A DNA stretch of 64,000 nucleotides from Dimorphilus gyrociliatus. Taxonomy: Eukaryota; Animalia; Annelida. Below are positions 35,163 to 48,984 of this stretch, one piece after another; within the stretch, counting starts at the first letter, position 1, and each line of letters starts with the position of its first letter. The notes under the pieces were generated by a model. That model worked only from the letters and a program-made list of their open reading frames with translations, was not told where the DNA came from and searched no databases. Both the position numbers and the translations under genes were made by a program. The stretch is taken from positions 3,612,408 to 3,676,407 of the forward strand of contig CAJFCJ010000006.1 in the NCBI GenBank assembly GCA_904063045.1. Reading direction: 5' to 3'.

Positions 35163-37319
35163 ATGGCTGACGATGAAGTAAAGTTTAAAAAATTTATTTT
35201 GAAATATTGTTTTAAGTTTATTCCTTTTTAACATTTTAGAAAACTGAAACTGCAAAAGACCAAATAAACGAAGAAGCTCCAGCAAATATCCAAACTGATA
35301 ACAATTCTAAGGAACCTGAAACTGGAGGTAATGCTGAGACTGAGCAGACGGAAAATGTAGAAAATAAATCTCAAACACCAGTAGAAGCAAAGGAAGCAAC
35401 CGAAACTAAAGACGAGACTTCCGCTGGTGACAAAGCAGAAGAGCAAGTAGAAGAGAAACCAGATGATAAGGCTGATGATAAATCAGAAGTTAAACCAGAG
35501 GATAAACCCGATGATAGAGCAGATGGTGAAAATGAGAGTAAAGACGATACGGAGAAAAAAACAGAAGACAATTCGGAAATTAAAAGTGAAGAAAAAGAGA
35601 AAGAAAAAGCTGATGAACCTGATGGGCATAACGAAGAAGATGGTGAAGTAGAAAAGGTAGGAAAAGAGGGAATAGATGAAAATGTAGAGGGAGAGAAAGA
35701 AGCAGAAAAAGAAGGAGATGGAGGAGATGGAGATGGAAAAGAGGGAGAAGGAGAAGTGAAAACAGCTGATGCTGATGAAGAAGAGAAAGAGGGAGATAAA
35801 ACTGTAAAGGAAGAGCAATCGGTTAAAGATGTCATAGATGGTGATAAAAATGTTGATGGTACAGAAACTGAGGAAAAAGGAGAAGAAAAGGCAGAAGCAG
35901 AAGGGGGAGAAGTAACAGAAGATAATAAAGAAAAAACAGAAAAAGAAGGAGAAGAGAACGATCAAAAAGATGAAGAAGGGGAGAAAGAGACTTCAGATAA
36001 TGTGAAAGATGGTATGTTAAATGAAAGACGGTAGTAAAATTTCATATTTATTTAATATGCATTATTTACAAATAGAATTAACTGAAACAAAGAAACCTGA
36101 GACTATTGAAGAGGAATCTAAAGAAGAGGAATTAGAGAGAGATCATGAAGTTGACCCTGACGACGAAGAGCTAAGAACTGCAACGAGACTATCAGATCCT
36201 AGGCCAAAATCAGAATCTCCTCGATCGCCGCCAAATATAGCCTCACCGACTGATTTTGAAGAATCGGATGGAGCCGAGGAACTCGAGGAATTAAATCAAC
36301 TGGAACAGGAAGAATATGAAAATAAGACTAGGGAAAATCTCTACAAAGAATATTTAGAACTCTTAGAGCAGAGGAATGAACTTACCCAAAAAAACAGTCA
36401 ATATCAAAACAAAATTTATGACTATTTTAGAAGAAAGAAAATGGATGAAGGTCTTAGAACAGAGGTAGATAAGGCTGCGGATAATGAACAAAAGTATTTA
36501 AAATATATGAAAACACTATCGGAATTTAAACAACAATACACTAACGAAGAGTTAATAACCAGTGAACATTTATCAGAACTTAAGGAAAGATGCCAGTATA
36601 AACAGAAACAAGTGTCCGATATTTACGAGGAATTTCTCCAATATAAGAAAGAAGTTGCGTTGAAATCTATATCAACTAGGTCATCCAAAAATATCTCTGA
36701 GAAGGAAATTGACGCAGCACTATTAAAAGAAATGAAAAAGGAGGAGGAAGTCTCTCAAGTTCGATTAGAAAATCACAAATTAAAGCATAAACTCCAAAAT
36801 AAGGAACAGCAGTTAAAATCTAAAGAAGAACTTGCCGAAGGTCTACACCTTATTGATTTTGAACAGCTTAAAATTGAAAATCAGACTTATAACGAGAAAA
36901 TTGAAGAAAGAAATGAAGAATTAGTAAAATTAAGGAAAAAGATTACAAGTACAGTTCAAGTTCTAACTCACCTTAAGGAGAAACTACAACATCTTCAAGC
37001 AGAGAATTCCGTCAAGGATGCCACCCTGAGAGAAGTTGAACAAAAAGCAGCAAAGAAAAGGGATTTATTATCAAGAACCAAACAAGTTAGAGACGCTTTA
37101 AGGAATGAAAATTTAAAATTGAGACAAAATTGCGGCCTACTCGGTAATGAAATTTTATTAAGAGATTTCGAAGAGAGAGTTGACGAAGGTAACGCCTTAA
37201 AAAATCGACTGGAAGAGTTGAAAATACAACATGCTCAATTAACATTACAAGCAAATGGTATTAAACAAAAGATTGAACTTGCTAAAGGAAATTTGCAGGG
37301 TGTACAAAAGTTTATGTAA
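35163..37319 (+). CDS. CCDC96: Coiled-coil domain-containing protein 96 (CFAP184); join(35163..35177,35240..36011,36076..37319)
   Basis: Long Glu/Asp-rich N-terminus; conserved KEELAEGLHLIDFEQLKIENQTYNEKIEERNEEL and GLLGNEILLRDFEE. Confidence 0.9.
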
Positions 37320-37416
37320 CTCTCTGAATTTAATTAATTCATTAAATTAATTAAGTCTTATTTATTAATTGTTTAAATTTTATTTTCTAAAAATATAATA
37401 TATGCACGATTTCTAT

Positions 37417-40400
37417 TTATAGATATGTTTCTTCTAGAATTTGTAGAGTTTTCGATTGTTGTTCTTCCCTATCCTGTCTACGAGTGATTGCCATATGCCT
37501 ATGTCTCTCTTGCCATTGTCTTAATTCGTCTCTATCCTTCAGCCTCTTCTTTTCATTCTCTTCCCATTTTTGCTTTTCGACAAGATTCGATACATTCTCT
37601 AACAGTTCGTCGATTTTACTTTCCGTTGAATCGTCATCGACGGTTGATAAAGATAGTGCTCTATTCAATGGGAAAAATGTATGCCTATCTAAACCTAAAA
37701 GCTTAAAAACATATAAATCCAATGCAGTATAGTCGTTCTGTTTTGTATCGTGCAAATGGATAAAGAAGAAGATATAGGCCCACATATTATGTTCATTTTG
37801 AACATGATGGTTAAATCCTAGACCATGATGCTCAAAATCGTACGATTTGCGAGAACAAATGAAACACGTATCCCTCATATCTCTTTCGGCTGTCCATTTC
37901 AAATCCCTTAACTCGCTAAAAGTGTCCACGATGATGCCAAATATTATATTTAGGCCTATCGTCGTTATAAATACGAAAAAGGATACTTCATAAATAGCCA
38001 GATAAGCAAAATTTACAAATGAATTATTCAGGTGATGCCTGTGTAAAACTTCACTATAGTCTCCAACAAGACCATATCTAATCATTGTAACTGTACATTG
38101 CCACAAAGAGGCGCAATAAAGGTGCTGTTGAGGTTTGAATAGATCCCGAAAGACTGCAAAACCTATTACTGCATACAAATAAAACATTATTAGACCTAAT
38201 ATTGCAACCCATATTAGGGATCTTCCGTTCTGTGTGACGGCTTGTATAACACCAATCAACAATTGATTGTTATTTACAATATTCAATAAATGAAATGCAA
38301 AAAAATATCCATGATAAAATGTTCCAGCCAATGAAAGTCCCACCAAGGCGACATAATATAAGGTTGATAGGCTTAAAAGGTGGACGTCTAATTTTGATTT
38401 ATATATCCGCTTTTTACTTATTTCAATTCCATCTTCACTTAGGTCAGTCTCTTTGGAAAGTCCAAGGAAAGAGCGAGCTGATGCCAAATTGGGGAGGCGA
38501 GGATGATTTGATAGTAGATAACTAATAAACAAAAGCACGCAGAACGCGGCGTGACATCCTCCCAAAACGTAGAGAAGATCGTAATAATTGGAAACTTTCA
38601 TCTGAGGAATGGGATCCCATAATGCCGATGGTAGGGAAGTAGCATTATTGGGTAATTCTATAAGTGAAAATTTCGCATTCCACGACACTAACATAAGGAA
38701 ATTTATTGCCAAACTGAGTAGGATAACACCATAGTTCCACGCTAACCATCTACGAGTTATAAAAGCGGCCAACCAATTGGATAATATTTTCCTTTGATAA
38801 TAAATATCTGTAACGATATCTTTAGACCAATTCATTAAATCTCTTATTTTATTACTTGGAGATGACCTATCAACACTCCATTTTAATTTTTCTTTTATCT
38901 GCTCTCTTAAAACTTGTTGACTTCTTACTCTAAAGTGGATTTTCTGCAAATCATCATCCTTTACAATTTCAATTGTCATTGTATTCCTTTTGAAATACTC
39001 AAAAGCCTTTTTTTGATTTGATTCCATTCGATCTAATGAATCATTTAGCATTTGTTTTTGTTTTGCAACTGTTAAACGATGCTGTAATGCTCCAATATCA
39101 TTTAGGCGAGCAATTACATTAAAATAGGAGAAACCTACTTCGGATATCTCATCGGCCATACTCCTTTGCCGACCTTTAATTAATTGACTAGCGTATAATT
39201 TAATACGGTATGAAAACACATGTAAACTTTCTTTTGCGCTATTCAAACTATTCCATCTATTTAAATGCAATAGTTGTCGAATCTTTGGATATTTATCTTG
39301 ACTTTTCCAATAGCAATCTGTCATTACTTTATAGAATGCTTCTTTGTCAACTGTATCCTTAACTTCGCAAGCAACTTTTAATTTTTCTCTACCGTTCTCT
39401 TCAATAAGAGAATAAATAAGGCTAGAAATTGCTTTTTTCATTGTAAGAATCTTATCTGAGCTACAATCTGTAAAGTCATCAGTTTCGCATGAACGAAGGA
39501 TAAAATTGGCGTAGTCGACAACTTTATTCGTTACAATAACTGCTCGATTAGCCTGATTTCCTGACGCAAATTCATTAAGAGTCTCAAATAGTTGTATGAC
39601 TAAGTCGATATTTGATGATGTGACGTTCGAATATACCATTGAAAGGAAAGATGCCGTCTCTGCTATAAGATTAAATGATTTAATATTATCTGGTTGATCT
39701 CTTAAGTAATCCTGTAATTCTACATATTGTCCATCGCACATTTGAGCAAGAACCTTTAAGACTAGCTCTATGAAACCTCCATCCTTTACTTCATCATCCG
39801 TGTGATTCCCTTCTGCAATAGAGTTTCTGTCCTCTTCTACTTGAATACCTACTAAGTCTTTGTTCTCCTCTTCCCCTGGAATAGACTTAGTTGAAATTTG
39901 AGTTTGCAAAGTGGCAAGACTAGCCCTCCTCTACAAAAAGAAAATGAATATATTAGATTACAAAATGAGTCGAAAAAATAATCTTACACTCTTTCTCTTT
40001 CGATTTCTCTTTAATGTTGACTCGTAGTGTTCTATCTTCTCTAGGGCATCCCTCCTAATTCTTATTGTTGAGCGTAAATCATGATAATGATGGTCATGTT
40101 GTCCTTTAACATTAGGTGTTATTCGCCTATTTTGGGCGGCAAGACTTTTCCTTTCCTTAATTGAAATCGTTGATAAATGCATACGATTGCGAACGGCAAG
40201 AAAGAAGACTTCCTCTCTTGTGGCCTTGAAATAGTCAATTAAGGATCTTTGTACTTGACGATTTGCATTAAATAATATGGAAGAGAGAAAAGCTAAAGTC
40301 TCCCTTGCCATATCGTCACTGGAATATGTAAGTAAAGGAAGAACTTCAACAATTGCCCCCATTGTACATAAGCAAGTTTGAACTTCTGCTATCTTAGCTA

Positions 40401-43400
40401 ATTCTCTTTTAGCTCTTAAGGGATGCTCTTCCCAATCATTTGGTAATTTAACAATATGGTTGTGTATAACACCCCTAAGGAGTTGTAAACATTTGATATC
40501 TAATTCTTCTTGCTCAACTTTAGACGCTTCGGTCATACGTAAATCACTACCAGATATGCCTAATTGTTTAATTATTATTGAACATTGAGCTATTTGAGAG
40601 GCAAAAGTCTTCTCGTTAGGCCTGTAGAAGCAATTAATGTGTTCCTGAAACTCTTCTCCCAAAGGTAATTTTTCATGACTTGTTAGATCTACATAAGGTT
40701 TATTTCCGTATTTCTTTATAGGCAATTTTAATTGAGCGGCAACTGTATTGGGACCACCGTAAACTAAGCTTGCATTAATGGCGAACGTCTTAAAAGTTCT
40801 ATTTAATTCAATTTCAGCTTCGTAATATTTCTCATGGCCAATATTTGAATAATTTCCCGCTTTTAAACAATCAATAGACGTTAAAGATTCAATAAATGCA
40901 TCCAAAGATTTACCAGACGATTCGGACGCAGGTAAGATGGTTGTCATACACGAAACAATCGTTTTTAAGTGTTTTGGATCCGTTACAAAGCGTTTTATCG
41001 AATTGACAAACGCCCACAGAGACGCTGCCAATTGTCGAACTATTTCAGGCTCTTCCGGATAAATATCAGCGTCCTTTGAATAAAATTTTGAAAAGAAAGT
41101 TCTTAGAAATGGCATTGCATAATCTAATAGAAAATGAAGAGCTTGAAAATGTTCATTCTCCATATTTGTTTCTATCTTCAAAGGCTTAAAATTCTCTGCA
41201 GTCTCATCATCTAATTTTGAAATGTAATCGCTTGTTATAGTACTCTGAACGATTAATGATACCATAAACGACCATAACGAAGGATCATGACTTAAATTAG
41301 CCGTTCCTGTATCAATTATTGATGATGACGTTCTCAGATAAACATTATGTGCGAAGAGTATATAATATTGCTTAGCGAATAGGCTAACTTGATCATTCTT
41401 TAATATTTCCAATAGTTCTTCCAAAGGAACGGCTGATTGGCATAAAGCTTCTATAAATTTATTTTCACCATCGGCACAAACCGCTAATAATTCAACTAAT
41501 CTTATTAAATAATCCAAATTAGGTGATTTAATCCTATTCGTTAATAAGGTCTCTCTCTGTTCCCTAGGTTTATCCAAGATGTAGGCTATTCTTGAATAAT
41601 TTCGTATAATATATTTGATAATGTATGTTTGATTCCTTTTCAAAGGAATATCGGAATCTCCTCTTACGATATCAGATAACAAGCTGAGAAATTCAGGTGC
41701 TTCGCATTGAAGGTTTGATATTATATTTACTATTCTTTCTAATTGTTTTGGTGAAATTTTAAGGCAATTTGGCCTATTATTTACAAACGCTTCCCGAAGT
41801 GTTAAAGCTATTTGATTTTCAACACCTGTAACAGTTAGTAATAGGTCTAATCTCTCGAAAACTCTTCTCTGCACAATTTCGTTATTCTTCGTAAGGGATT
41901 TGAGTAGTTCAAGAGTTTTTTGTATAACAATTCTTGCTTCTCGGTAATCATCTATTAACTTGGAATCTATACGTTGACTATTGAGTGTATCGAATATTAT
42001 TGATAAAATATCATGATTTAACAGGATATTCTGGTTGATTGAATGCCTTTCGTTAATATCGTAAGGTACTTGGCAAAGTTTTCTTAGTTTGTCTAAAATT
42101 GCCACAGTAGTTTCAACTTGTTGAGGAGATATTTTAGCTCTAGCTAGTCTCCTAAGCATAGGAAGAAAATCTATAAAGTCTCTGTGAACCCTAACTGAAT
42201 CGGCTGTCAAAAGGATTTGCGAATCTATAGCCGCTTGAAAAGCTCCAGTCCTTGATGAGAAGAATTTATTAAGTACCGACAAAGACTTTACAACCAGTTT
42301 ATCATAGTTATATTTTGATAAATCTAAGAGGACATCTATCAGTTGCCTCTTTTCAAAATATGAAGTCTTGTCAAAAGCTTCCCTAAGGGTTTTTGTCAAT
42401 TTCCTCTGAATAGAGTATTTTGATTGATCGCCAGGATCGAAAGAAGGAGAGAGGAGAGTCTGTAATTGTACGTTAGTTTTCTTAGCCGCTCGACCTCTTT
42501 CTGCCTGTTTGAAAAGGGCAACAAAATATTTCAGTCTCGTCTGAAATTGGTAATTAAGTAGAAGTTCGAGAACTTGAAGAGCTTGATATTTAACTTCTAC
42601 AATACTGGAATTTTCAATTGTCTTTTCATATCTCATCTTCTCTTTATATTCTTTTAATAATTTCTTCGCTTCCGAACTATGTGCTTCTTCTACTGGAAAA
42701 GGTATATCATTCTCACCTTCTAAAAGAGTAAGTAAAGGCGTTTGTAAATCTTTGATATCTCTTTCCGCTCCATAATATCCATATTTGACAAGTAAATCCA
42801 AAAGTTTTACTACTTGTTCAATTAATTTATTATAGCCTACATTACTAGCTACAAAGTGTTCATGATTATTCAATACCTCCATTATCCAATCCCTCAGAAC
42901 TGGGAATATTGTGACGAGATCTTTGACGACTATTTCGGTTCCTTCTCCGAATCCATCCTCTATTGGTTCTCTTATATCAATATCATCGTAGGCAAAAGAC
43001 AAATTTCTATATTCCAAAACAGCGTAATTGTTACCAACATCGACGAATAGGCCTATTATCAAATCGCAGTATTTAGCCCTTAATTCGTCTGGAAGAATAT
43101 TTAGGCGAACACATAAGAATGCTTCTTCCCAGCTAATATACTTTAATTCTCTGCTTATTATTTGAATAACGTATTCATTTCTACCGTCGCATAACTTTCT
43201 GAATAGATCTAATTGATGTTCAAGGAAAAGCTTCTGCTCTTCATCATAGAATGTGCTACCTTCCTGTTGAAGAGATATATAAATCTATATACTTGAAAAA
43301 CAACTATTATCACTTGGAAGGAATTGTTCCTCCTACCTTTACAAACTCGTGAAGTGGAGACCAAGTATAACCTAAATCGGTAGAGATGTAAATAATATTT

Positions 43401-45651
43401 GTTTGTCGTCTAATATTCTGACCCCTTTGCGTTAAATAGACGCCTCTGTTGTCGTTAACTAGCCATTTTTCGGTTATATACGACTGATTATTAGATATTG
43501 CAACACCATTACAAACGCAAAGTACGTTTAAGAGATCCAAATATCTATAATTCTATTAAAATAGCCACTAAGAGTATAGAATATAGATTGATTAGAAAAA
43601 AGAGTAAAATACCTTATATTTCCTTACGTAATGAATGAATTCATCAATCTGACGTCTACTTATTCTATCGACTATCTCGCGATTATCCTTAATGAGCTCA
43701 ACTATCATTTGAGCAATATCTAAACCAATTTCGCCTGCCTGACTAAATTTCGATTGAAAGAAATCTATATATTTTGCAAAATATAAGGAATTTTTCCTAG
43801 AATTTCCCATCATGTAGGTATGTAATACTCCATATACTGATTTCGTAACTTCCGTCATCAACTCCTGATTAATAACATCTTTGACAGGCAATTGAAGAAT
43901 TTTTACTAATAGATCTATTATGCAAAAGTTTCTCATTAATTTTTGTCTTCTTTTAATCGGTTGATTATCTATAATAAGAAAATCTTGTAATTCCCTAAGA
44001 GCTGTGCAAATCCTCCAATTTCTTTTGACATTCAATATTCCACCATCCTTCTTCGAATTTGACGGAGGATCATTTAAAAATGACGTCTCGTCGGGTTTAG
44101 GTATTCTTGCCTCTAAATCCCTTATCAGCTTAGTTAAGAAAGGTACTTGTCCCGCTACAAAATTGGCCTCTGCTAAATTAATCTCATCTACCTTTTGTAA
44201 CGTATAAGCATCGTGATACATTCTTTCGTTCGTGGCCGATATTGTTCTTAGTTCGGCGCCATCCCATCTTAAATCGTTCATAGATCCATCATCTCCATGA
44301 CCACCGAAAGCTCTTTTTTCGTATACGGAATCCCGATCTGCATGAAGCCAAGAACCACTAAGAACATGCTCCAATCGAGCATAACTTTCAAATCTCATCT
44401 CATCAGCTTCTCTCATTAATGGATGAAAACGGAAAACTGTATTTGGATGTTTCCCATCAACGCTTAAACCGACTCTATTATCCTGATCTATTTTAAGGTA
44501 AAGGCGAGTGACAAAATGGCGCAATCGAATTTGAGTTTGCCATCTAATTGAGTGACCATTGAGAACACTTGATTCAGACTCTATTTGCCAGTAAGTTATT
44601 GCTGAAGTTGACGGATAGAGCGTTTTCGCAATCATCTGATCAACTGGACGTATTCTGAGGTGAACTTGTTCAATTAACGATTCATTAAATAGACCTTCCG
44701 CCACAACGTATGCTTCAAGTTCTTTATGAAAAAGACGTACAACTGAACCTCCTTTTATTAAATCTTCGTATTCCGTTGAAAGTGAAGTTGGAGTTTCTTC
44801 TATTTTCGGCGCTCTGCTGTAACGAACAACAGTAAATCCTGTCTGATCAACAGCAAGATTCAATTCCGATCCTCTACCAACAACGTGATCTATTGTAAAT
44901 ATGGCACTTGAGTGTAAATACTGTCCATTACATTTTACACTCTCCAAAACAATTTGATCACCTATCTGAACAATTTCACCCTCAGACTTTACTTTATAGC
45001 GGGGAAGTAACCGGAAGTGAGCTTGATGCGCACTATACCCTTCGATAGATACTCTCATGTTATTTTTATCTCTCTTGCTAGTTTCAGTCGTACTAGCATG
45101 AACAAATTTTTCAGTAAATGTGTGCTTTAATTGAATAATAGTTCCGTAACGAACTCTTGCTCCTCTCTGCCTCCTCTCTTCACAAGCATTATCTTCCATT
45201 TCTGCTTTCGCTCCTTCCTGAAATGAAGATAATAAATAAATAGAAATTATGAGGAAACTCATCGATTTATTAAATAAAAAGAAAATACCTTTGCTTGGTG
45301 AAGAAGAGAACGAATATGCAAATTAGTTGGATTTGCCAAACTTTGTGACAATAACTTTCTGTATTTCTTTTGAAGTTTGTAACGATTTTGTATGCAAATT
45401 TGAAATGTAACGCAATGAGGATTTGGAATATTAGCTGGTTTAGATGCATCTTGGCGATGATATATATATAAAGCATTATGAGCAGAACTATAAAGACAAG
45501 CGAAAAATACTGTTATACCAGTACATTTAATAATCAAGACAAACCTGGTTTGACAACCGAAAACATAGCCTTCAGTTTCTTCGCAATATAAACATATATA
45601 ATCACCTATCATTAAGAAATCATTATTATAATAATCTTCTTCTTCCATCAT
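37417..45651 (-). CDS. ITPR: Non-canonical IP3-receptor-like Ca2+ release channel (suppressor, MIR, RIH, RIH-associated, 6-TM pore, C2H2 finger)
   Basis: FLMIGDYICLY N-terminus, MIR repeats (IIQLKHTFTEKFVH, IRLRHFVTRLYL), RQKLMR, RIH-associated LAQMCDGQYVELQDYLRDQ...FETLNEFASGNQANR, pore helix FFVFITTIGLNIIFGIIVDTFSELR, CFICSRKSYDFE...HVQNEHNMWAY. Exons join in phase. Confidence 0.93.
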
Positions 45652-46043
45652 TACATCAAGAGAACAATGATTGTTTCTCTTTCAAATGAAGCTTAAGAGT
45701 CAAATGAGAAAAAAAAACAAAACGTTACTCTCTTCTTTCAAATTTAATCAATAAATCAATAAGAAAACGCTTATTAAAGCCATTAAATTTGTTCAAATTT
45801 CATATATATTTATACTTTTAACTGAAAACATGAATTTTCAATAAAAAAAATCATTTTTTTAGACATTTTCACATAAATATGTTTGTCCTCTAAATTGATT
45901 TTCAACTAATTTATGAAGGATAAAAAACGTAAGTCATTGCTTTCTATTCTTTATCTATATTTATTAATTATCAATTAATAACTCGGACTAAACTACTAAA
46001 ATTTCGAATATTATTAACTCTTCTTTTGTAGAGATAATATTGA

Positions 46044-46812
46044 TCATTTCTCATTCTTCTCGGGTGATGTTTCAGTTTCTGGAGTCGACTCTTCCGTTTT
46101 GATATTTAGAGTTCTTCCATTCGTTAATTTTGGATCTACTTCACCCCTTATAACTAATATTCCATCTGATAGCATCGTTTCTAATGATGCTTCATTAACA
46201 TTCTGTATTTTATGTTATGTTAAAGTTAAAGGTTAGATTGTAATTTATAGCGATTTTTGCATACCTCCGGAATTGTGAGTTCTTTTAAATATGTTCTCTG
46301 AACGTACGAGCCATTCTCCTCAGTTTTGTTAACTTCTCCCGCAACCTTAATTCGATTTCCAACAACCTTGATATGCAGCTCTTCAGGGGCAAAGTGCTTT
46401 ACGTCCAATTTAACTTCAAAAACCTTATCGTTGTGGGTTATCGACTAGAATAGATTAAGAAAACATAATGTCTTGTTAATGTTATAAACCTAAGAAATAG
46501 AATATCAGAAATACTTTCTCTTCGTACCTCGTTGGCCACGCATTGAGAAGAGAATCTTTTATCAAACACTTCAAAATTCCTTTCAGACCTTCTTGACCAC
46601 TCTGTCAGAAATTGTTCCATTTCTCTCATATTTCTATCCATTACTTGGTAAAGATTGTTGGGCATCATATGATCAATCATTTCGCCAAAGGTTGGTCTCC
46701 GAGCTAGAGGTGTCCATCTACCTCTATAGTATCTTTGACAACTGAGATAATTCTTCCAGCTATTATGATACAGATTAGCTGTTCTCAGATGTGGTAAGAG
46801 TTTTCGAAACAT
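46044..46812 (-). CDS. Small heat-shock protein (alpha-crystallin domain) with a mitochondrial presequence-like N-terminus, 3 exons
   Basis: FEVKLDVKHFAPEELHIKVVGNRIKV, LSDGILVIRG, C-terminal L-N-I (IxI-like); stop at 46046..46044. Confidence 0.88.
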
Positions 46813-46858
46813 TTTCCTTTTCTGTAACGCTTATTATAAAACTTCTATAGAATGTCCA

Positions 46859-46945
46859 CTTATATACTAATAGTTGATGAAATCTTCTTTAATGATGACG
46901 TAAAACTTGATGAAAACGACCTTTACAAGAGCAATTATTCTAGAA
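46859..46945 (-). promoter_or_regulatory. TATA box and two-unit heat-shock element upstream of the sHSP
   Basis: TATATAAG on the minus strand at 46866..46859; TTCTAGAA at 46938..46945 (only two nGAAn units). Confidence 0.4.
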
Positions 46946-47060
46946 TAGTTTAAAAAATAGTTTGAACATAATTCATATATTTATTTATCAATCAATTAAA
47001 ATTAGTTTAAGTTTATAATATTCAAATTTTTGAAATAAAAATAAAAATTTTTCTATATAG

Positions 47061-48467
47061 ATGTCGCTGAATACAGTGACCTTGACATTCAGTAATACCT
47101 TTCTGGATATTTCTTCATCAAAGTTCAAGAGAATGTATAGAAAAGAAAAGCCCATTAATTTTCAAGGATCGGCTTCAGCGATCAACAATAATTTAAGTAT
47201 TGGCATTCAGTCTGATAAAGACCGACTACATTATGCAATTGTACACAAAAGTGTCGTTAACGTCATCACTGCTTCATTAGATGGAAAAAGTGTTTCAACA
47301 CGCCAAGTTGCTTGCAAGGAGCAAGCATCTGTAGCCTCCTGTGTTGTAATTCAAGCAAAAATAGTCAAAGTAAGTTATGACCATATGGATGAAATACTAG
47401 TTAAAAACATTACTTGATATTCTATCAGCTAAGATAGAATATTAAATGAGAATTGTTAATATAAAGGTGAAAATGATAGATATCGCAGTATGTAAACATC
47501 ATATATATATATACATTAATATATAACATTATCATAATTGATACAGGTCGCTGAACGCTTAATTTTAGTTGTAACATCCCAGAAAGGAATTCATATATAT
47601 GAGGTTGAAGGCCTCCTATTACTATATGCATTTTCCCTACCTCAACCCGAATCAACTCATACTTGTACTTTGGCCCGTGGCATTGCTGTTCTACTAGATA
47701 ATGTAGTATGCATTGGAACGTATGAAGGCCATGTTCTGATTCTTAGTGTTCCTTCAAAAGGAAATAACATTGAGTTAGTTGAAACGCTAAGGTTTCATAC
47801 CTATCCCATAGCAGCTCTGGACGGTGTTGGTGAATGTCTTGTAGTAGCCGATGAAAAAGGTGAACTTTCAGTCTGGAGTGCTGGACAACCTTTTACGAGG
47901 GTAGAGTATACATGTTTTTTTCCCCCTATATTCAACGCAGAAATCAATCTTCTATATTATTAATATAATAATTTATGATAATCAACCGGACATGTTCGAA
48001 CTAATATAGCACTAGTAATAATTGATAATACTATCCGTACATCTCTATAAATTATAAAATTGTATTTGCAGACAAACAGAGGCGTTGCAGGAACATCTAG
48101 CGATTGCGTAACCTCTTTAGCTCTATGCGCCAATAATCTTATAGCTTGCTCTACATCATCGGGAGCTATTCGACTATTGTGTGTTGAGACTTGTAATGTG
48201 CTAGCTCAAATAGATGGTCATGCCCGCTGCATAACAAGTCTAAGTTCCGCACCAAAGTCTGGTCTAATTCTAAGCACATCTGAGGATTGTATGGTTCGTG
48301 TATGGAGAGTAATGAGAAACAAAACGGACATAGAAGTCGAATTGGTATTTTCCGAACATGTGGCTGATACCATGCTCCAAGGGAGTTCATTCCTAAGTCC
48401 AAACGGTAAAGCGTTCGCCCTGACTGCCTATGATAGTAGTAAACTACTATTCTACTTTTCACAATAG
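47061..48467 (+). CDS. WDR54: WD repeat-containing protein 54; exons 47061..47369, 47547..47900, 48072..48467
   Basis: MYRKEKPINFQGSASAINNNLS resembles the WDR54 N-terminus, followed by WD repeats (HARCITSL, STSEDCMVRVW). The true start may be the ATG of MYRK. Confidence 0.82.
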
Positions 48468-48984
48468 TTAATTTCGAAATGTCAAGAATAAGATAAGTTA
48501 TATAAAAAAAGCTTAGCTAGGTCTTTTAATTCCGTCCGTAATAGACTATTCTCTGTTCAAGAGTATATCAAAAGAATTCATTATCCGTCCCTAATTTACA
48601 ATGTTTTTATCATGTTCTGCTTTTATGCAAAAATAAAAAAGACAAACTTTTACTCTGCTTGCTATTCTAAAAGGTTCAACGTTTCTATATTATTGAACAA
48701 TACTATAAAGTATTAATTGTTCATCTTTACCTTTTTTGCTCGTTATTTTTTCGTTTCTTTCAATAAATTACAATGAAAAACAAAAACTTTAATTAATTAT
48801 TTCAAATCAATAATTAATATTTTATGTAAAAGAAAAATTGATCAAAAAGGAAGAATCGTTTCCTTTTTTTTCTGAAGCTGTTTTTGCTATATGATGACAA
48901 AAAACGAATGAATAGGGCTCTTCATAAGAGAGAGAAATAAATAACAGTACCAAAACAGAAAAGAATTATATTATCTATCATATC

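Noticed and set aside
35371-35965. Two long minus-strand ORFs (Ser-rich and Phe-rich)
   Set aside because: Antisense shadows of the purine-rich Glu/Lys/Asp N-terminus of CCDC96.
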